Below, one piece after another: positions 27,234-36,776 of a stretch of 46,608 nucleotides of DNA. Within the stretch, counting starts at the first letter, position 1; every line of letters begins with the position of its first letter. Under the pieces are notes generated by a model, which ran no database searches, was not told the origin of the DNA, and was given only the letters and a program-made list of their open reading frames with translations. Position numbers and translations under genes: made by a program. Where the stretch lies: contig JBDGSA010000073.1 in the NCBI GenBank assembly GCA_042217755.1, positions 1-46,608 on the forward strand, read 5' to 3'. Source of the stretch: Haloglomus sp. (GTDB lineage: Archaea > Halobacteriota > Halobacteria > Halobacteriales > Haloarculaceae).

Positions 27234-29050
27234 GGCCACGGAAGGTCCTCCGCATCGCTCGCTGGGAGGTCACCAAGAACGCGGGCGGCATCGACGGCCG
27301 CACGGTAGCGGTGATCGTCGTCGGCATCCTGTTTGCGGGCGCGCTCGCGCCCGCCGTGGCTGGCGGCGGCTTCGCACTCGACCGGGGCATCTACCGGGTC
27401 GGCGTCGCCGAGGAGAGCGTCTACTACCCGGCCGTGGCGAGTGACGACACTTTCCGCGTCGTCCCGCCCGAGCCAGGGCTCGTCGCGAGCGGCGAGGCGG
27501 AGATCCGCATCCGGAACGGACGCGTGGTCCACGCGGACACGGAGAAGGGCCGCGCGGCGGTGGCCGAACTCCGCACGACCGTCCGACAGTTCAACGACCG
27601 GCGGCTGCAGCGCGCGGAGAATGCCTCCGCTGCCTTCCCCGTGTATCCCGTCTCGCTCCGGTACGTCGACCGCGGGGCTGGTGACCTCGGCAACGGCGGC
27701 GCGGGCGACGGGACTGACGGCGGTGGCGGTGAGTCTGACGGCGGTGATGGGACCGCTGGTGACGGCGGCGCGGGCGGCGGCGACACCGGAGACGACGCCG
27801 GCCCGGGGCTGCCGTCGGGCGGCGGTGGCAGCCAGTTCAGTGTGCCGGGCCTCTCAGGCGGCATCTTTGGCAGCGGCACCACCGGCGGAACTCCGGGCGA
27901 CCTCGCGCCACCGTTCCCGTTCGGATCGCTCGTGCTCGCGTTCGTCTTCGTCATCCCGCTGAACTTCGTCATCCAGGCGTACGGCTCCTCGATCCTGTCG
28001 GAGCGGCTCAACCGGCGTGGCGAGTTACTGCTGGTGGCGCCCGTCCAGCCGCGGGAGATCGTCGCCGGCAAGACCCTGCCCTACTTCGTCGGGGCTGTCG
28101 CCATCACCGGCGCAATCACGGCGCTCATCACCATCTCGGCCGGAGGCGGCAGTCTCCTGTCGGTCGTGGCGGTGGCGGCGCTGGCGCTGCTGTTCCTGGC
28201 GGCGTCGTTCGTCGGCGCGATGTTCGCCCGGTCGTTCAAGGAACTCACCTTCGTCACCGTCGCTATCTCCGTCCTGCTGATGACGTTCGCGTTCGTCCCG
28301 GCCATCTTCACGGACGTGGGCAGCGTCGCGCTCATCTCGCCGCTGACGCTCGTGGTCCGGGACCTCGCGGGCACCCCGGTCGACCCCAGCGGCATCGCCT
28401 TCGCGCTCCTCCCGACGACGCTCACAGCGCTGTTGCTGTTCGCGCTCGGGACCGGCATCTACCGCGAGGAGGACATGTTCACGCAGCGCCCGATCCACCT
28501 GAAGGCGCTGGACGCGCTCGCGGCGCGAATCCAACGCCCGCGCTCGCTGACGCTCGTGGTCGCGGCGCTGGTTCCGTTCGTCTTCGTCGCGGAACTCATG
28601 GCGGTGGCGCTCCTGTTTGCGCTGCCCGGCGGCCTCTCGGTCGTCGTCCTGCTGGTGGTGGTCGCGGTCATCGAGGAACTGGCGAAGTCGCTGCCCGTCT
28701 ACGCCGGGTTCCTTCACACTCGCTACGAGCGTACCGGCCGCGCGGCGGTCATCGCCGGCGCGTTCGCCGGATTCGGCTTCTTCCTCGCCGAGAAGTTCAC
28801 GCTCATCGTGCAGGTCGTGGGACTCGACCGGCAGCTTTCGGAAGGGAACGCGGTCTTCCAGACCGGGGCGAACGCGGGACCGGCCGTGGCGCTCGTGTTA
28901 CTGCTCGCACCGCTCGCGCTCCACGTCGTCACGACGTCGCTGTCGGCGCTCGGCGCGACCCGGAGCCGTGACGGCTACGCGCTCGGCCTGACGGCCGCCA
29001 TCCTCGTCCACGTCGTCTACAACCTCTCGGTGGTGATCTTCCTTGTCTGA
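27230..29050 (+). CDS. ABC-2 permease fused to a PrsW-family intramembrane protease domain
   Basis: ERLNRRGELLLVAP...AGKTLPY permease motif; C-terminal IEELAK, GFGFFLAEK, ALH, HVVYN. Confidence 0.8.
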   Translation: MRPRKVLRIARWEVTKNAGGIDGRTVAVIVVGILFAGALAPAVAGGGFALDRGIYRVGVAEESVYYPAVASDDTFRVVPPEPGLVASGEAEIRIRNGRVVHADTEKGRAAVAELRTTVRQFNDRRLQRAENASAAFPVYPVSLRYVDRGAGDLGNGGAGDGTDGGGGESDGGDGTAGDGGAGGGDTGDDAGPGLPSGGGGSQFSVPGLSGGIFGSGTTGGTPGDLAPPFPFGSLVLAFVFVIPLNFVIQAYGSSILSERLNRRGELLLVAPVQPREIVAGKTLPYFVGAVAITGAITALITISAGGGSLLSVVAVAALALLFLAASFVGAMFARSFKELTFVTVAISVLLMTFAFVPAIFTDVGSVALISPLTLVVRDLAGTPVDPSGIAFALLPTTLTALLLFALGTGIYREEDMFTQRPIHLKALDALAARIQRPRSLTLVVAALVPFVFVAELMAVALLFALPGGLSVVVLLVVVAVIEELAKSLPVYAGFLHTRYERTGRAAVIAGAFAGFGFFLAEKFTLIVQVVGLDRQLSEGNAVFQTGANAGPAVALVLLLAPLALHVVTTSLSALGATRSRDGYALGLTAAILVHVVYNLSVVIFLV

Positions 29051-30260
29051 GCGAACCGGAACGTTCGACTCGGGGAGCCGACCCATCCGGACGGACGGCG
29101 GGGACGAACAGACCGGCGGGAGAGCCGATTCCCGCACGGACGGGGCCGGGGCCTCGGCCGCGAGCGCGGAAGGAACCGGGGACGACCGGGGGCTCGGGTG
29201 GGCAGTGCGCGTGCGCGGCGTCATCGCAAAGCGGGACCTCGCGTCGCTGACGAGCGAGAAGACCATCGTGCTGGCGCTGCTCATCCAGCTGTTCGTCGCG
29301 GCGTTCTCCTCGTTCCTCGTCGTCGGGCTCACCTCGCTGTACGATCCGTCCGCGGTCCAGGGAACGGTGGCAGTCGGCGTGTCCGGTGAGGCGGCATCAG
29401 AGGTCGAAGCGGCCGCGGCAGGGCTCGAGGGGCTCTCGACGATCCGCTACGACCGGGACGAGGCCGCCGCCGCGTTCGACGCGGGACGCGTCGACGCGGT
29501 CGTGGTTGCAGAGCGCTACCAGGGAAAGAGCGGCGGGACGAGGATACGCATCCGGGCGTTCGTGCCCGCCAGCAGTTTCCGCGGGACGCTCATCGTGGCA
29601 CAGTTGCGCGAGGCGCTGGAGACACTCGAGCGCCGGGAGCGCCAGCAGCGCGCCGAGTACATCGACGCGCCGCTGGTCCCGCTGCCGGACGCGGAGAACG
29701 CGAGCCCCTACTTCGGCTTCTCGTACACCGTGCTGGTGCCGCTGCTCCTGTTCCTGCCCGTTTTCATCGCGGGATCGGTCGCCGTCGACGTGGTGACCGA
29801 GGAGATCGAACGCGGTACCCTCGAACTGCTGCAGGTCGCGCCGCTCTCGCTGACGGCGATCGCCGACGGGAAGGCGGTTGCGGCCGCGCTCCTGGGGCCG
29901 ACGCAGGCCCTGCTGTGGATGGGACTCCTCACACTGAACGGCATCGTCATCGCGAATCTGCTCGGCCTGCTCGTGCTCACCGCGGGCCTGTCGCTGCTGC
30001 TGGTCGCCGTGGGCGTCGGCCTGGGGCTGGTGGTCCGCGAGCGCCAGCGGGCACAGTTGCTCTACTCGCTGGGTGTACTCGGCGCGTTCGCCGCGGCGGC
30101 TCTGCTCCCCGAACACCCGGCGACCACCGCCGCGCTGCTGGCTATCGATTCCCCCGGCGCGTTCTCGCGACCGCTGGTCGTCCTCTACCTCGTCGTGGGC
30201 GCCGCCGTCGCGCTGGGCGTCCGGTCGTTCGTCTCGCGTATCGATGCGGAGGGACTGTAA
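29043..30260 (+). CDS. ABC-2 permease
   Basis: EEIERGTLELLQVAP...ADGK; about 6 TM; overlaps previous stop; exact start uncertain. Confidence 0.82.
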   Translation: MSERTGTFDSGSRPIRTDGGDEQTGGRADSRTDGAGASAASAEGTGDDRGLGWAVRVRGVIAKRDLASLTSEKTIVLALLIQLFVAAFSSFLVVGLTSLYDPSAVQGTVAVGVSGEAASEVEAAAAGLEGLSTIRYDRDEAAAAFDAGRVDAVVVAERYQGKSGGTRIRIRAFVPASSFRGTLIVAQLREALETLERRERQQRAEYIDAPLVPLPDAENASPYFGFSYTVLVPLLLFLPVFIAGSVAVDVVTEEIERGTLELLQVAPLSLTAIADGKAVAAALLGPTQALLWMGLLTLNGIVIANLLGLLVLTAGLSLLLVAVGVGLGLVVRERQRAQLLYSLGVLGAFAAAALLPEHPATTAALLAIDSPGAFSRPLVVLYLVVGAAVALGVRSFVSRIDAEGL

Positions 30261-30310
30261 ACCGGCCTTGGCGTCGAGCCCCGGGATGGTCGGACCGGTC
30301 CTCCGTGAAG

Positions 30311-30380
30311 AGAAATATTCGTTTAAATCGCCATATTTTATAATAATTCCTCGCACAATTATATAATTTCCGGTATAATC
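30311..30380. other. AT-rich islet 6 (about 26% GC)
   Basis: 18 G+C in 70 bp; contains AATTATATAATTTC and ATAATTCCTCG. Confidence 0.85.
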
Positions 30381-30511
30381 ACACTGTATCGGAGACAAGA
30401 CGGCCACGACGAGAGCGGCGACCGAGCGGCAGCGCCCGCCGTCGCGGTGGCCACCGGTCACCTCCTGCGTGAACCGCCAGCGTCAACCTGTTCACCGTCG
30501 CACGGGGTGGT

Positions 30512-31315
30512 ATGCAGGTCTACGGACTCCTCGGGAATCCGGTCGAGCACTCGCTGTCGCCGCCGATGCATGAGGCCGGCTACGAGGAACTGGGACTCGA
30601 CGCCCGCTACGTCACCTTCGAACCCGCTCGCGACGAGTTCGACGACGCCGTCGGGGGAGCGCGGGCGCTCGGCATCCGCGGGCTGAACGTCACCATCCCG
30701 TTCAAGACGGACGCGCTGGCACACCCGGCCGTCGAGGCCGACGGGCTCGCAGAGCGCATCGGCGCCGTCAACACCATCGACTTCGGCGGTGGCCGGGTGA
30801 CGGGCCACAACACGGACGCTGCGGGCGTCACGCGCGCCTTCGAGCACCACGGCATCTCGCTCGAGGGAGCCGGTGTCGTCGTGGGAGCGGGCGGAGCCGG
30901 GCGCGCGGCCGCCTTCGCACTCGCGGACGCCGGCGTGGACGTCGCGATCGCCAACCGCACCGAATCGAGGGCCGTCGACCTCGCCGCCGAGGTACCCCGG
31001 GCGTCGGGCCACCCGCTCGACGCCGTATCCGACCTGCTCGCGGACGCTGACGTCCTCGTGAACGCCACCAGCGTCGGGATGGAGGAGGATGTCTCGCCGG
31101 TGCCCGCCGACGCGCTCTCCGAGGACCTCGCCGTTCTCGACGCGGTCTACAGGCCGGTCGAGACGCGCCTGCTTCGGGAGGCGGCGGCCGCGGGTGCGAC
31201 GACCATCGACGGAGCCTGGATGCTTCTCTTCCAGGGGGTCGAGGCGTTCGAGCGATGGACCGGCAAATCGGCGCCCGTCGACGCGATGAACGCAGCGCTC
31301 AGGGCCAGACTCTGA
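30512..31315 (+). CDS. aroE: shikimate dehydrogenase
   Basis: [50 protein letters not shown]. Confidence 0.96.
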   Translation: MQVYGLLGNPVEHSLSPPMHEAGYEELGLDARYVTFEPARDEFDDAVGGARALGIRGLNVTIPFKTDALAHPAVEADGLAERIGAVNTIDFGGGRVTGHNTDAAGVTRAFEHHGISLEGAGVVVGAGGAGRAAAFALADAGVDVAIANRTESRAVDLAAEVPRASGHPLDAVSDLLADADVLVNATSVGMEEDVSPVPADALSEDLAVLDAVYRPVETRLLREAAAAGATTIDGAWMLLFQGVEAFERWTGKSAPVDAMNAALRARL

Positions 31316-31381
31316 AGCCGACGGACCGGCGTCTCCCCCGTCGTGTTGGGCTTTAAGTCCACCGCCGACCTTCGCCCGCAC

Positions 31382-32134
31382 ATGACGCTGTTCGACTTCA
31401 TCCTATCCGCTCTCGGACTGAAATCGAAGGACAAGACGCGAGAGCAGTCGACGGACGTGACCGTCGAACACGACCCCGACACGGAGAACGAGGCGGCGGT
31501 GAAGGGGACAGATAGGGAATCGGCCGCAGCCGGAACGACCGCGGCCGGCTCGACGGAATCGGTGACCGAAGAGCCGCCCGGCGACGAGGCGGCCGAGCCC
31601 GGCGAGGCGACGGACGTTACCGAGCAGGCGGCCGCAGAACCCGCCGAGGCCGCCGGGCCCGTCACGGACGACCCCGACGCCGAGACCGAGCCCACGCCGG
31701 TCGACGAGAGCCCGGCCGGGCAGCCCGACGTCGACGAAGATGGAGACGAAGACGGAGACGGCCCCAGCGGCTCCGCCGAGATCGTCGAGGAGCCGCCCCA
31801 GGACGACGAGGCCACAGAACCGGCCGAGGCCGCCGGCGCCGTCAGCGAGGAGGACGACGAGCACGAGGCGGCCGAGCCCGCCGAGGCCGCCGGGCCCGTG
31901 GGTGGAGAGCACGAACCCGAAGACGAGTCCGAGGGCGCAGCCGACGACCCGACGGACACCGTCAGCGGCATCGGGCCGACGTACGCGAGCCAGCTGGCCG
32001 ACGCCGGCATCGAGACGGTCGGCGAACTCGCCGACGCCGACCCTCCGGCGCTGGCCGAGGAGACCGGCATCTCCGAGAAGCGCCTCACCCGCCTCATCGA
32101 GCGCGCCAACGAGCGCCTGACGGGCGGCGAGTGA
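31382..32134 (+). CDS. acidic protein with C-terminal helix-hairpin-helix domain
   Basis: AAEPAEAAGP repeats; VSGIGPTYASQLADAGIETVGELA; TTTAAG at 31352. Confidence 0.82.
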   Translation: MTLFDFILSALGLKSKDKTREQSTDVTVEHDPDTENEAAVKGTDRESAAAGTTAAGSTESVTEEPPGDEAAEPGEATDVTEQAAAEPAEAAGPVTDDPDAETEPTPVDESPAGQPDVDEDGDEDGDGPSGSAEIVEEPPQDDEATEPAEAAGAVSEEDDEHEAAEPAEAAGPVGGEHEPEDESEGAADDPTDTVSGIGPTYASQLADAGIETVGELADADPPALAEETGISEKRLTRLIERANERLTGGE

Positions 32135-32178
32135 CTCGAACCACATCGATTAAGACAGCACTGGGCCAACGCCACGCC

Positions 32179-32292
32179 ATGTACCTGCCTCTCCAGGCCG
32201 TCAACACGGGCGCTATCAGCGCGGCCGGCTGGCTCGTCGGGCTCGCGAGTCTCGCGTTCACCATCGCGTGGGCCGTCTACCTGTTCCGGTAG
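32179..32292 (+). CDS. 37-aa single-TM micro-protein (not in ORF track)
   Basis: MYLPLQAVNTGAISAAGWLVGLASLAFTIAWAVYLFR*; TTAA box at 32150, about 28 bp upstream. Confidence 0.65.
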   Translation: MYLPLQAVNTGAISAAGWLVGLASLAFTIAWAVYLFR

Positions 32293-32398
32293 CAACTGTC
32301 ACCTCCGGTAGCAACCGTCACCTCTGATAGCAACCGTCATTTCCGATAGCAACCGTCACCTCTGATAGCAACCGTCATTTCCGATAGCAACCGTCTCC
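32285..32398. repeat. 19-bp tandem repeat (6 copies) seeded on the micro-protein stop codon
   Basis: Consensus TCYGRTAGCAACCGTCAYY; units 3-4 and 5-6 form a 38-bp higher-order duplicate. Confidence 0.93.
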
Positions 32399-32440
32399 GG
32401 CCTGCCGCTGCCCGACCGGCGCTCCCCGGCAGGGGCGCAG

Positions 32441-33154
32441 TCAGCCGTCGACGCGCTCGTCGTCGGTGCCCTCTGCGAGGTCGACCTGTTCGCGGAGCCA
32501 CGCGGCCGCCTCCTGAACGACGCGTTCCTCGTCTCCGCGAATCTTGACGCGGACGTGCTCGCCGGGATAGGAGCCGACCTGAACGTCGAACGCCTCGCGG
32601 AGTCGTTCGAACCGGTCGATGAGAGCGCTCTCGGGCTCGTCGACGGTCACGAACGCCACGTGGGTCTCGCTTCCGACGAACCGGTCGGCGATCGACGCGA
32701 ACATCGCCTCCATCTCGGCCGGCACGCCCGGCAGGACGTAGACGTTCCCCATGACACAGCCCGGGGCAACGCCCTCCTCGTTGTGGAGTGGCTCGGCGCC
32801 AGCGGGGATGTCGGCAGTCCCCTCGGCGAGGTCGTCCCGGGTGTAGCCGTCGTCCGCGAGCCACTCGAGGGCGGCCTCGCTCTCCGCGACCGGCACGTCG
32901 AACGCCGCTGCGACGCCGTCCATCGTCAGGTCGTCGTGGGTTGGACCGAGGCCACCGGTCACGACGACCGCGTCGTAGCGGTCGCGGTACTCGTCGACGA
33001 CGTCCGCGATGTCGGCCACACGGTCGGGGACCGTCGTCGACCGCTCGACGTCGACTCCTCGCTCGGCCAGTTGCTGACCCAGCCACGCCGCGTTCGTGTT
33101 CACCGTATCGCCCGCCAACAACTCATCCCCGACCGTGACGATGGCCACGCGCAT
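32441..33154 (-). CDS. CinA-like molybdopterin-binding-domain protein
   Basis: VTVGDELLAG.TVNTNA, TGGLGPTHDD, N..GVAPG, LPGVP.EM. Confidence 0.9.
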   Translation of the reverse strand: MRVAIVTVGDELLAGDTVNTNAAWLGQQLAERGVDVERSTTVPDRVADIADVVDEYRDRYDAVVVTGGLGPTHDDLTMDGVAAAFDVPVAESEAALEWLADDGYTRDDLAEGTADIPAGAEPLHNEEGVAPGCVMGNVYVLPGVPAEMEAMFASIADRFVGSETHVAFVTVDEPESALIDRFERLREAFDVQVGSYPGEHVRVKIRGDEERVVQEAAAWLREQVDLAEGTDDERVDG

Positions 33155-33227
33155 GGCCGTCATTGGCGGCGGACCGATAAAAAGAGCCCCGACGGGAATG
33201 CGAGACGGCAGCGAGTGCGAACTGGCT

Positions 33228-33377
33228 GCTGGACCATCCGGATGGTGAGGTCTCTGGCCATCCGGGCGACAGAGCCTCTCGTCCACCCGAGCGACGGCGT
33301 CTCTGGCCCATCCCGGGCAGTGGAGTCTCTGGCCCATCCCGGGTGGTGGAACCTCTAACCCATCCCGGGTGGTGGAT
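33228..33377. repeat. 26-bp tandem array copied from the DUF5803-like gene end
   Basis: Units 33300, 33326, 33352 (TCTCTGGCCCATCCCGGGYRGTGGA; the last contains the stop) plus 3 decayed copies at 33228-33299. Confidence 0.85.
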
Positions 33378-34317
33378 CCCGACCGTCGTCGTCCTCGATG
33401 TCGACGTCGAGGCCGACCTCCTCGCGCCGTTTCACTGTCTCGCGGATCTGGAGGTAGTAGTAGAGGGCGCCGCCGCTTCCGACGATGAGCATCAGCGCCA
33501 CCAGTCCGCCGAACAGGTAGAGGTCGCGCTGGAGGTAGTAGCGGACCACGACCGAGCGTGCGCGAGTGACCGAGTCCCAGTAGACGTGGACGTTGCCGTC
33601 GATGCGCTCGGCACGACTCTGCCCGGGCTGGACCTGTGCGAGGATGGGGAGGCCGATGCGGGCGCCCTCGGGGAGCACCATCTCGTAGGACCCCTGGACG
33701 AAGGTCGGCGTGGCGACCCGCTTGCCGTTCTTCGGAACGGTGAACGCCAGCTTCCCGGTCTCGTTGGTCGGCAGCCGCACCGTCGTCCGGCGCCGGGACT
33801 TCGACACCGCGAGCTTCGCGTCGTTCACGTCGACCGTCTCGTTCGGCTTCACCATCACGAGGGTCGTTCCTGTCTCGGTTTCGCGGTACCGGAGGATAGT
33901 CCCGTTCTCGTAGTGGAACTGGAGCGCAATCGGGTTGATGGGCTGTTCGGTCCCCAGCGCGTCGCGGGTGTACAGCTCTATGGTGAAGTTCTCGCCCGCC
34001 GTCCGGCTCCCGGTGGTCCGATTGGCGATGTCGTAGACGGACGTGTAGTTGCCGTTGTTGACGTCGATGTAGCCGTCGGCACTCTGGTTCCAGTTGTAGG
34101 GCGTCCCGGGGTCGGCGGCCAGCTGGCCGGACTGCACCGGGCCAGGACCGAACACAGACGTACAGCCAGAGAGCGCAAGCAGGGCGCCCAACAGCGCGAC
34201 GGCAGCGACCCGCTGACGACGGCCACGGGGAGCGGACGTATCGGGTCCGTCAGGCCCGTCAGACCCGTCGCCACGGGCGTCGCTCGATTCCGGCGTGTCA
34301 CCGTCGTTCCCGGTCAT
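33355..34317 (-). CDS. DUF5803-like lipoprotein with C-terminal TM
   Basis: LSGC lipobox; GSYEMVLP; VRYYLQRDLYLF; RREEVGLDVD...PPPGM. Confidence 0.78.
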   Translation of the reverse strand: MTGNDGDTPESSDARGDGSDGPDGPDTSAPRGRRQRVAAVALLGALLALSGCTSVFGPGPVQSGQLAADPGTPYNWNQSADGYIDVNNGNYTSVYDIANRTTGSRTAGENFTIELYTRDALGTEQPINPIALQFHYENGTILRYRETETGTTLVMVKPNETVDVNDAKLAVSKSRRRTTVRLPTNETGKLAFTVPKNGKRVATPTFVQGSYEMVLPEGARIGLPILAQVQPGQSRAERIDGNVHVYWDSVTRARSVVVRYYLQRDLYLFGGLVALMLIVGSGGALYYYLQIRETVKRREEVGLDVDIEDDDGRDPPPGMG

Positions 34318-34991
34318 GGGACGACACAGAGCAACTCGGCCGGGAGGTACTCGCCGACGGCCGACAGCAGGCCTGGCGGATCCGTCCCCTCCCCGCAGAC
34401 GACCGATTGCTCCAGCAGCCCCAGTCGTTCGACGGTCACGATGTCCTGTGCGTGTCCGGCACGGTTGATCGTGGCCCGGACCTCCGCGCGGGTCGCGCTA
34501 TTGACGTTGAGCCGGCCCGTCCCGCGGGTCCACTCGTAGAGGCGGTCCTGTTCGGCGTCGGCCAGGTGAGCGGCTCCGTCCTCGTCGAGCGTGTATCGGA
34601 GCGGGACGTGCTGGACGAGGCCGAAGCGCTGGCGGATCTGTCCGGCGTCGCCCGGACCGAGGCCGAGATTCTCGGCCGAGATGCGCACGGTCTCCCCGAA
34701 GCCGACGTCGAGGACAAGACCGTCCCCGTCCCAGGCCTCGAGCGTGCCGACGTGCGTCTCTCCGGGCTCGCGGTGGGGAGTGAGCTCGCCCCACTCCTCG
34801 GCGAGCGCGTTCCGGGCGGCCGTGGCGTCGGCGCCGGAGACGGTGATGCTGGGGAATTCATCGTCGCGGACGCCCAGATCCCACTCGACGTCGAGGCCGC
34901 CAACGACGTTGTCGACCTGCGAGCGGAGCGAATCGAGCGCTCGCGCGCGCGCCTCCCCTTTGACGTAGAGTTTCGTCGCCAGAACGACCAT
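34314..34991 (-). CDS. DUF2110 family protein
   Basis: MVVLATKLYV...VERLGLLEQSVVC...TDPPG; directly after tfe. Confidence 0.8.
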   Translation of the reverse strand: MVVLATKLYVKGEARARALDSLRSQVDNVVGGLDVEWDLGVRDDEFPSITVSGADATAARNALAEEWGELTPHREPGETHVGTLEAWDGDGLVLDVGFGETVRISAENLGLGPGDAGQIRQRFGLVQHVPLRYTLDEDGAAHLADAEQDRLYEWTRGTGRLNVNSATRAEVRATINRAGHAQDIVTVERLGLLEQSVVCGEGTDPPGLLSAVGEYLPAELLCVVP

Positions 34992-35525
34992 CTACGCCTC
35001 TGCCTCGGGTTCGGAGACCCGGAGCTCCTCTCGGAGTTCTTCGATTCGTCGCTCCATCGCGTCGACGAGCTGCTCGTTCGACATCGAGGTGAGCGCGGCG
35101 CCGCAGTTGGGGCACTCGAAGCCGAACTCCATCGCCTCGCCGAACTCGAAGCGGATGGAGTCCTGCTCGCAGAGGTAGAATTCGTTGTTGCGCTCGTAGT
35201 CCTCGCGCTCCTCGAGGGCCTCGAGGAGCCGGTACATCTCCTCCTCCAGTCGCTCCGGGATGTTCTCGTACTCGAACGTCCAGAGGTAGGTGAGCCAGCC
35301 CGAATCCTCGTCGCGGAGCCGCCGGTAGCTCGCGAGGTCGTTCTCGTAGAGGATAAAGAGCGCCCGACGGACGTCGTTGAGCTCCATTCCTAGCTCCTCG
35401 GCCAGCTCCTCGTCGGTCACCTCCCCGTCCGGTGGGGCTGCTGCTACCGGCATTCCAGTCGGCCCCACCAGCTCGTGGAGGTACTTCTGTATCACGGGGT
35501 CCTCGAGTAGCTCCTCGAACGCCAT
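34992..35525 (-). CDS. tfe: transcription factor E alpha
   Basis: TDEELAEELGMELNDVRRALFILYE, SGWLTYLW, FGFECPNCG. Confidence 0.96.
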   Translation of the reverse strand: MAFEELLEDPVIQKYLHELVGPTGMPVAAAPPDGEVTDEELAEELGMELNDVRRALFILYENDLASYRRLRDEDSGWLTYLWTFEYENIPERLEEEMYRLLEALEEREDYERNNEFYLCEQDSIRFEFGEAMEFGFECPNCGAALTSMSNEQLVDAMERRIEELREELRVSEPEAEA

Positions 35526-35607
35526 TACCGTATAATCCGCCCGTCCGGCGGGTAAAGCTTCCGCTCGGGCACTCCGCCCGCTATTGCCCACGACCCCCAA
35601 CTGCCCT

Positions 35608-35695
35608 CGACCTGCTACTGCTCTCGGCCCGTGACCGATTTTGGCCCGCCACTGCTCTCGGCCCGCGACCGGCCCCGACCTGCTACTGGTCTCGG
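35608..35695. repeat. 34-bp degenerate tandem repeat (about 2.6 copies) in the divergent region upstream of tfe
   Basis: ACTGCTCTCGGCCCGYGACCG at 35617 and 35651; CGACCTGCTACTGSTCTCGG at 35608 and 35676. Confidence 0.8.
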
Positions 35696-35747
35696 AGGGA
35701 GTCGCCGCCATCGGGGGACGGAAGTACCTCGCCCGCCCACTATGGGT

Positions 35748-36248
35748 ATGGGTGACGAGTCCGCGAATCCTTCCCTTTCGGCACCCCGCCGCGGCCGGCC
35801 CCACGGGACGCCGAAGCGTCGGCTGGCCGTCATCGCGGCGCTCGCGCTGGTGCCCTGGACAGTCATCCTCATCGGCGGAGAACTGACCCTCGTCTTCCCC
35901 TTCGGCTTCTTCAACACGAATCCGCCAGAACTGGTCGACATCTACACGTTCCTGTTCGTCGCCGCCGGGCAGCTCCCCCGGAACCCGGAGCTGCTGCCGC
36001 TGTCCGTCCTGTTCTATCTCGGTGCACTCGTCAGCGCGGCCGCGGGAATGGTCGACCGCGAAGACCCGCGGCTCACCGCCGGCTTGCTGGTCCTCGCGGG
36101 CGTCGCGCATCTCGGCGTTGCCTACTCGGTCAGCCACCGCATCTACTACACTCCCATCCCGTTCGGCGCGCTCCTGATGCTCGGCGTGGCGTGGTGGTAC
36201 TACTGGCCCAGCCTCCGGGCCACCATCATGGCGCCCGTGGGAGAGTGA
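35748..36248 (+). CDS. TIGR04206-like membrane protein
   Basis: LVPWTV...LVFPFG, REDPRLTAGLL, PIPFG. Confidence 0.7.
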   Translation: MGDESANPSLSAPRRGRPHGTPKRRLAVIAALALVPWTVILIGGELTLVFPFGFFNTNPPELVDIYTFLFVAAGQLPRNPELLPLSVLFYLGALVSAAAGMVDREDPRLTAGLLVLAGVAHLGVAYSVSHRIYYTPIPFGALLMLGVAWWYYWPSLRATIMAPVGE

Positions 36249-36274
36249 GGTCCGTGCCGTCCAGGTGGAGCCAC

Positions 36275-36360
36275 AGATATTACCCCAAAGAAACGAGGAA
36301 TTATATAATTTCGAAAATTATATTTTTATGTCTCTGTTTGAAGTATAATTCAGATATTAA
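36275..36360. other. AT-rich islet 7 (about 20% GC in core) between convergent genes
   Basis: 14 G+C in 36291-36360; CGAGGAATTATATAATTTCGAAAATTATA; AGATATTA twice. Confidence 0.85.
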
Positions 36361-36374
36361 CAGACAAGTGAGGC

Positions 36375-36659
36375 CTACCACGTTTCGATGCGGCCTTCGC
36401 GGATGTCCTCGACGCAGCCCTGACAGTCGACGTGGTCCGGGTCGTAGCAGACCGGTCTGGCCTCCTCGTCGAGGTCGACCGCGCGTCGCTCGGCGTAGCG
36501 GCGACAGACGATCTTCGCTCGGCCGTCCTCGTCGGTGGAGAGGTCCGCGAGCGCCCGCTTTCGCGCGGTCTCGTACTCGCGACGCGCCGCTTCGACCTGT
36601 CGCCCCGCCGAGCGGAGCTTCGACCGGAGGAACCGCTTCCAGTGCCGTCGGTCGCCCAT
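36375..36659 (-). CDS. small Cys/His protein (DUF7091-like)
   Basis: RFLRSKLRSAGRQ...IVCRRYAE...C...H.DCQGC.EDI..G.IETW. Confidence 0.75.
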   Translation of the reverse strand: MGDRRHWKRFLRSKLRSAGRQVEAARREYETARKRALADLSTDEDGRAKIVCRRYAERRAVDLDEEARPVCYDPDHVDCQGCVEDIREGRIETW

Positions 36660-36776
36660 ATCCCCTCCTCGGACCGCGGGCACATAGGCCCGTTGCCGTC
36701 GCTCCAGCAGGCACGTGAACTCGCCAAGCTCGAGGGAAACGTATTCAGCCGGAGGCGTGCACCCCACGCCGTGACG

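Noticed and set aside
29079-29105. RPIRTDGG motif near the permease N-terminus
   Set aside because: TDGG-type motifs are common at haloarchaeal protein termini; no specific function can be inferred here.
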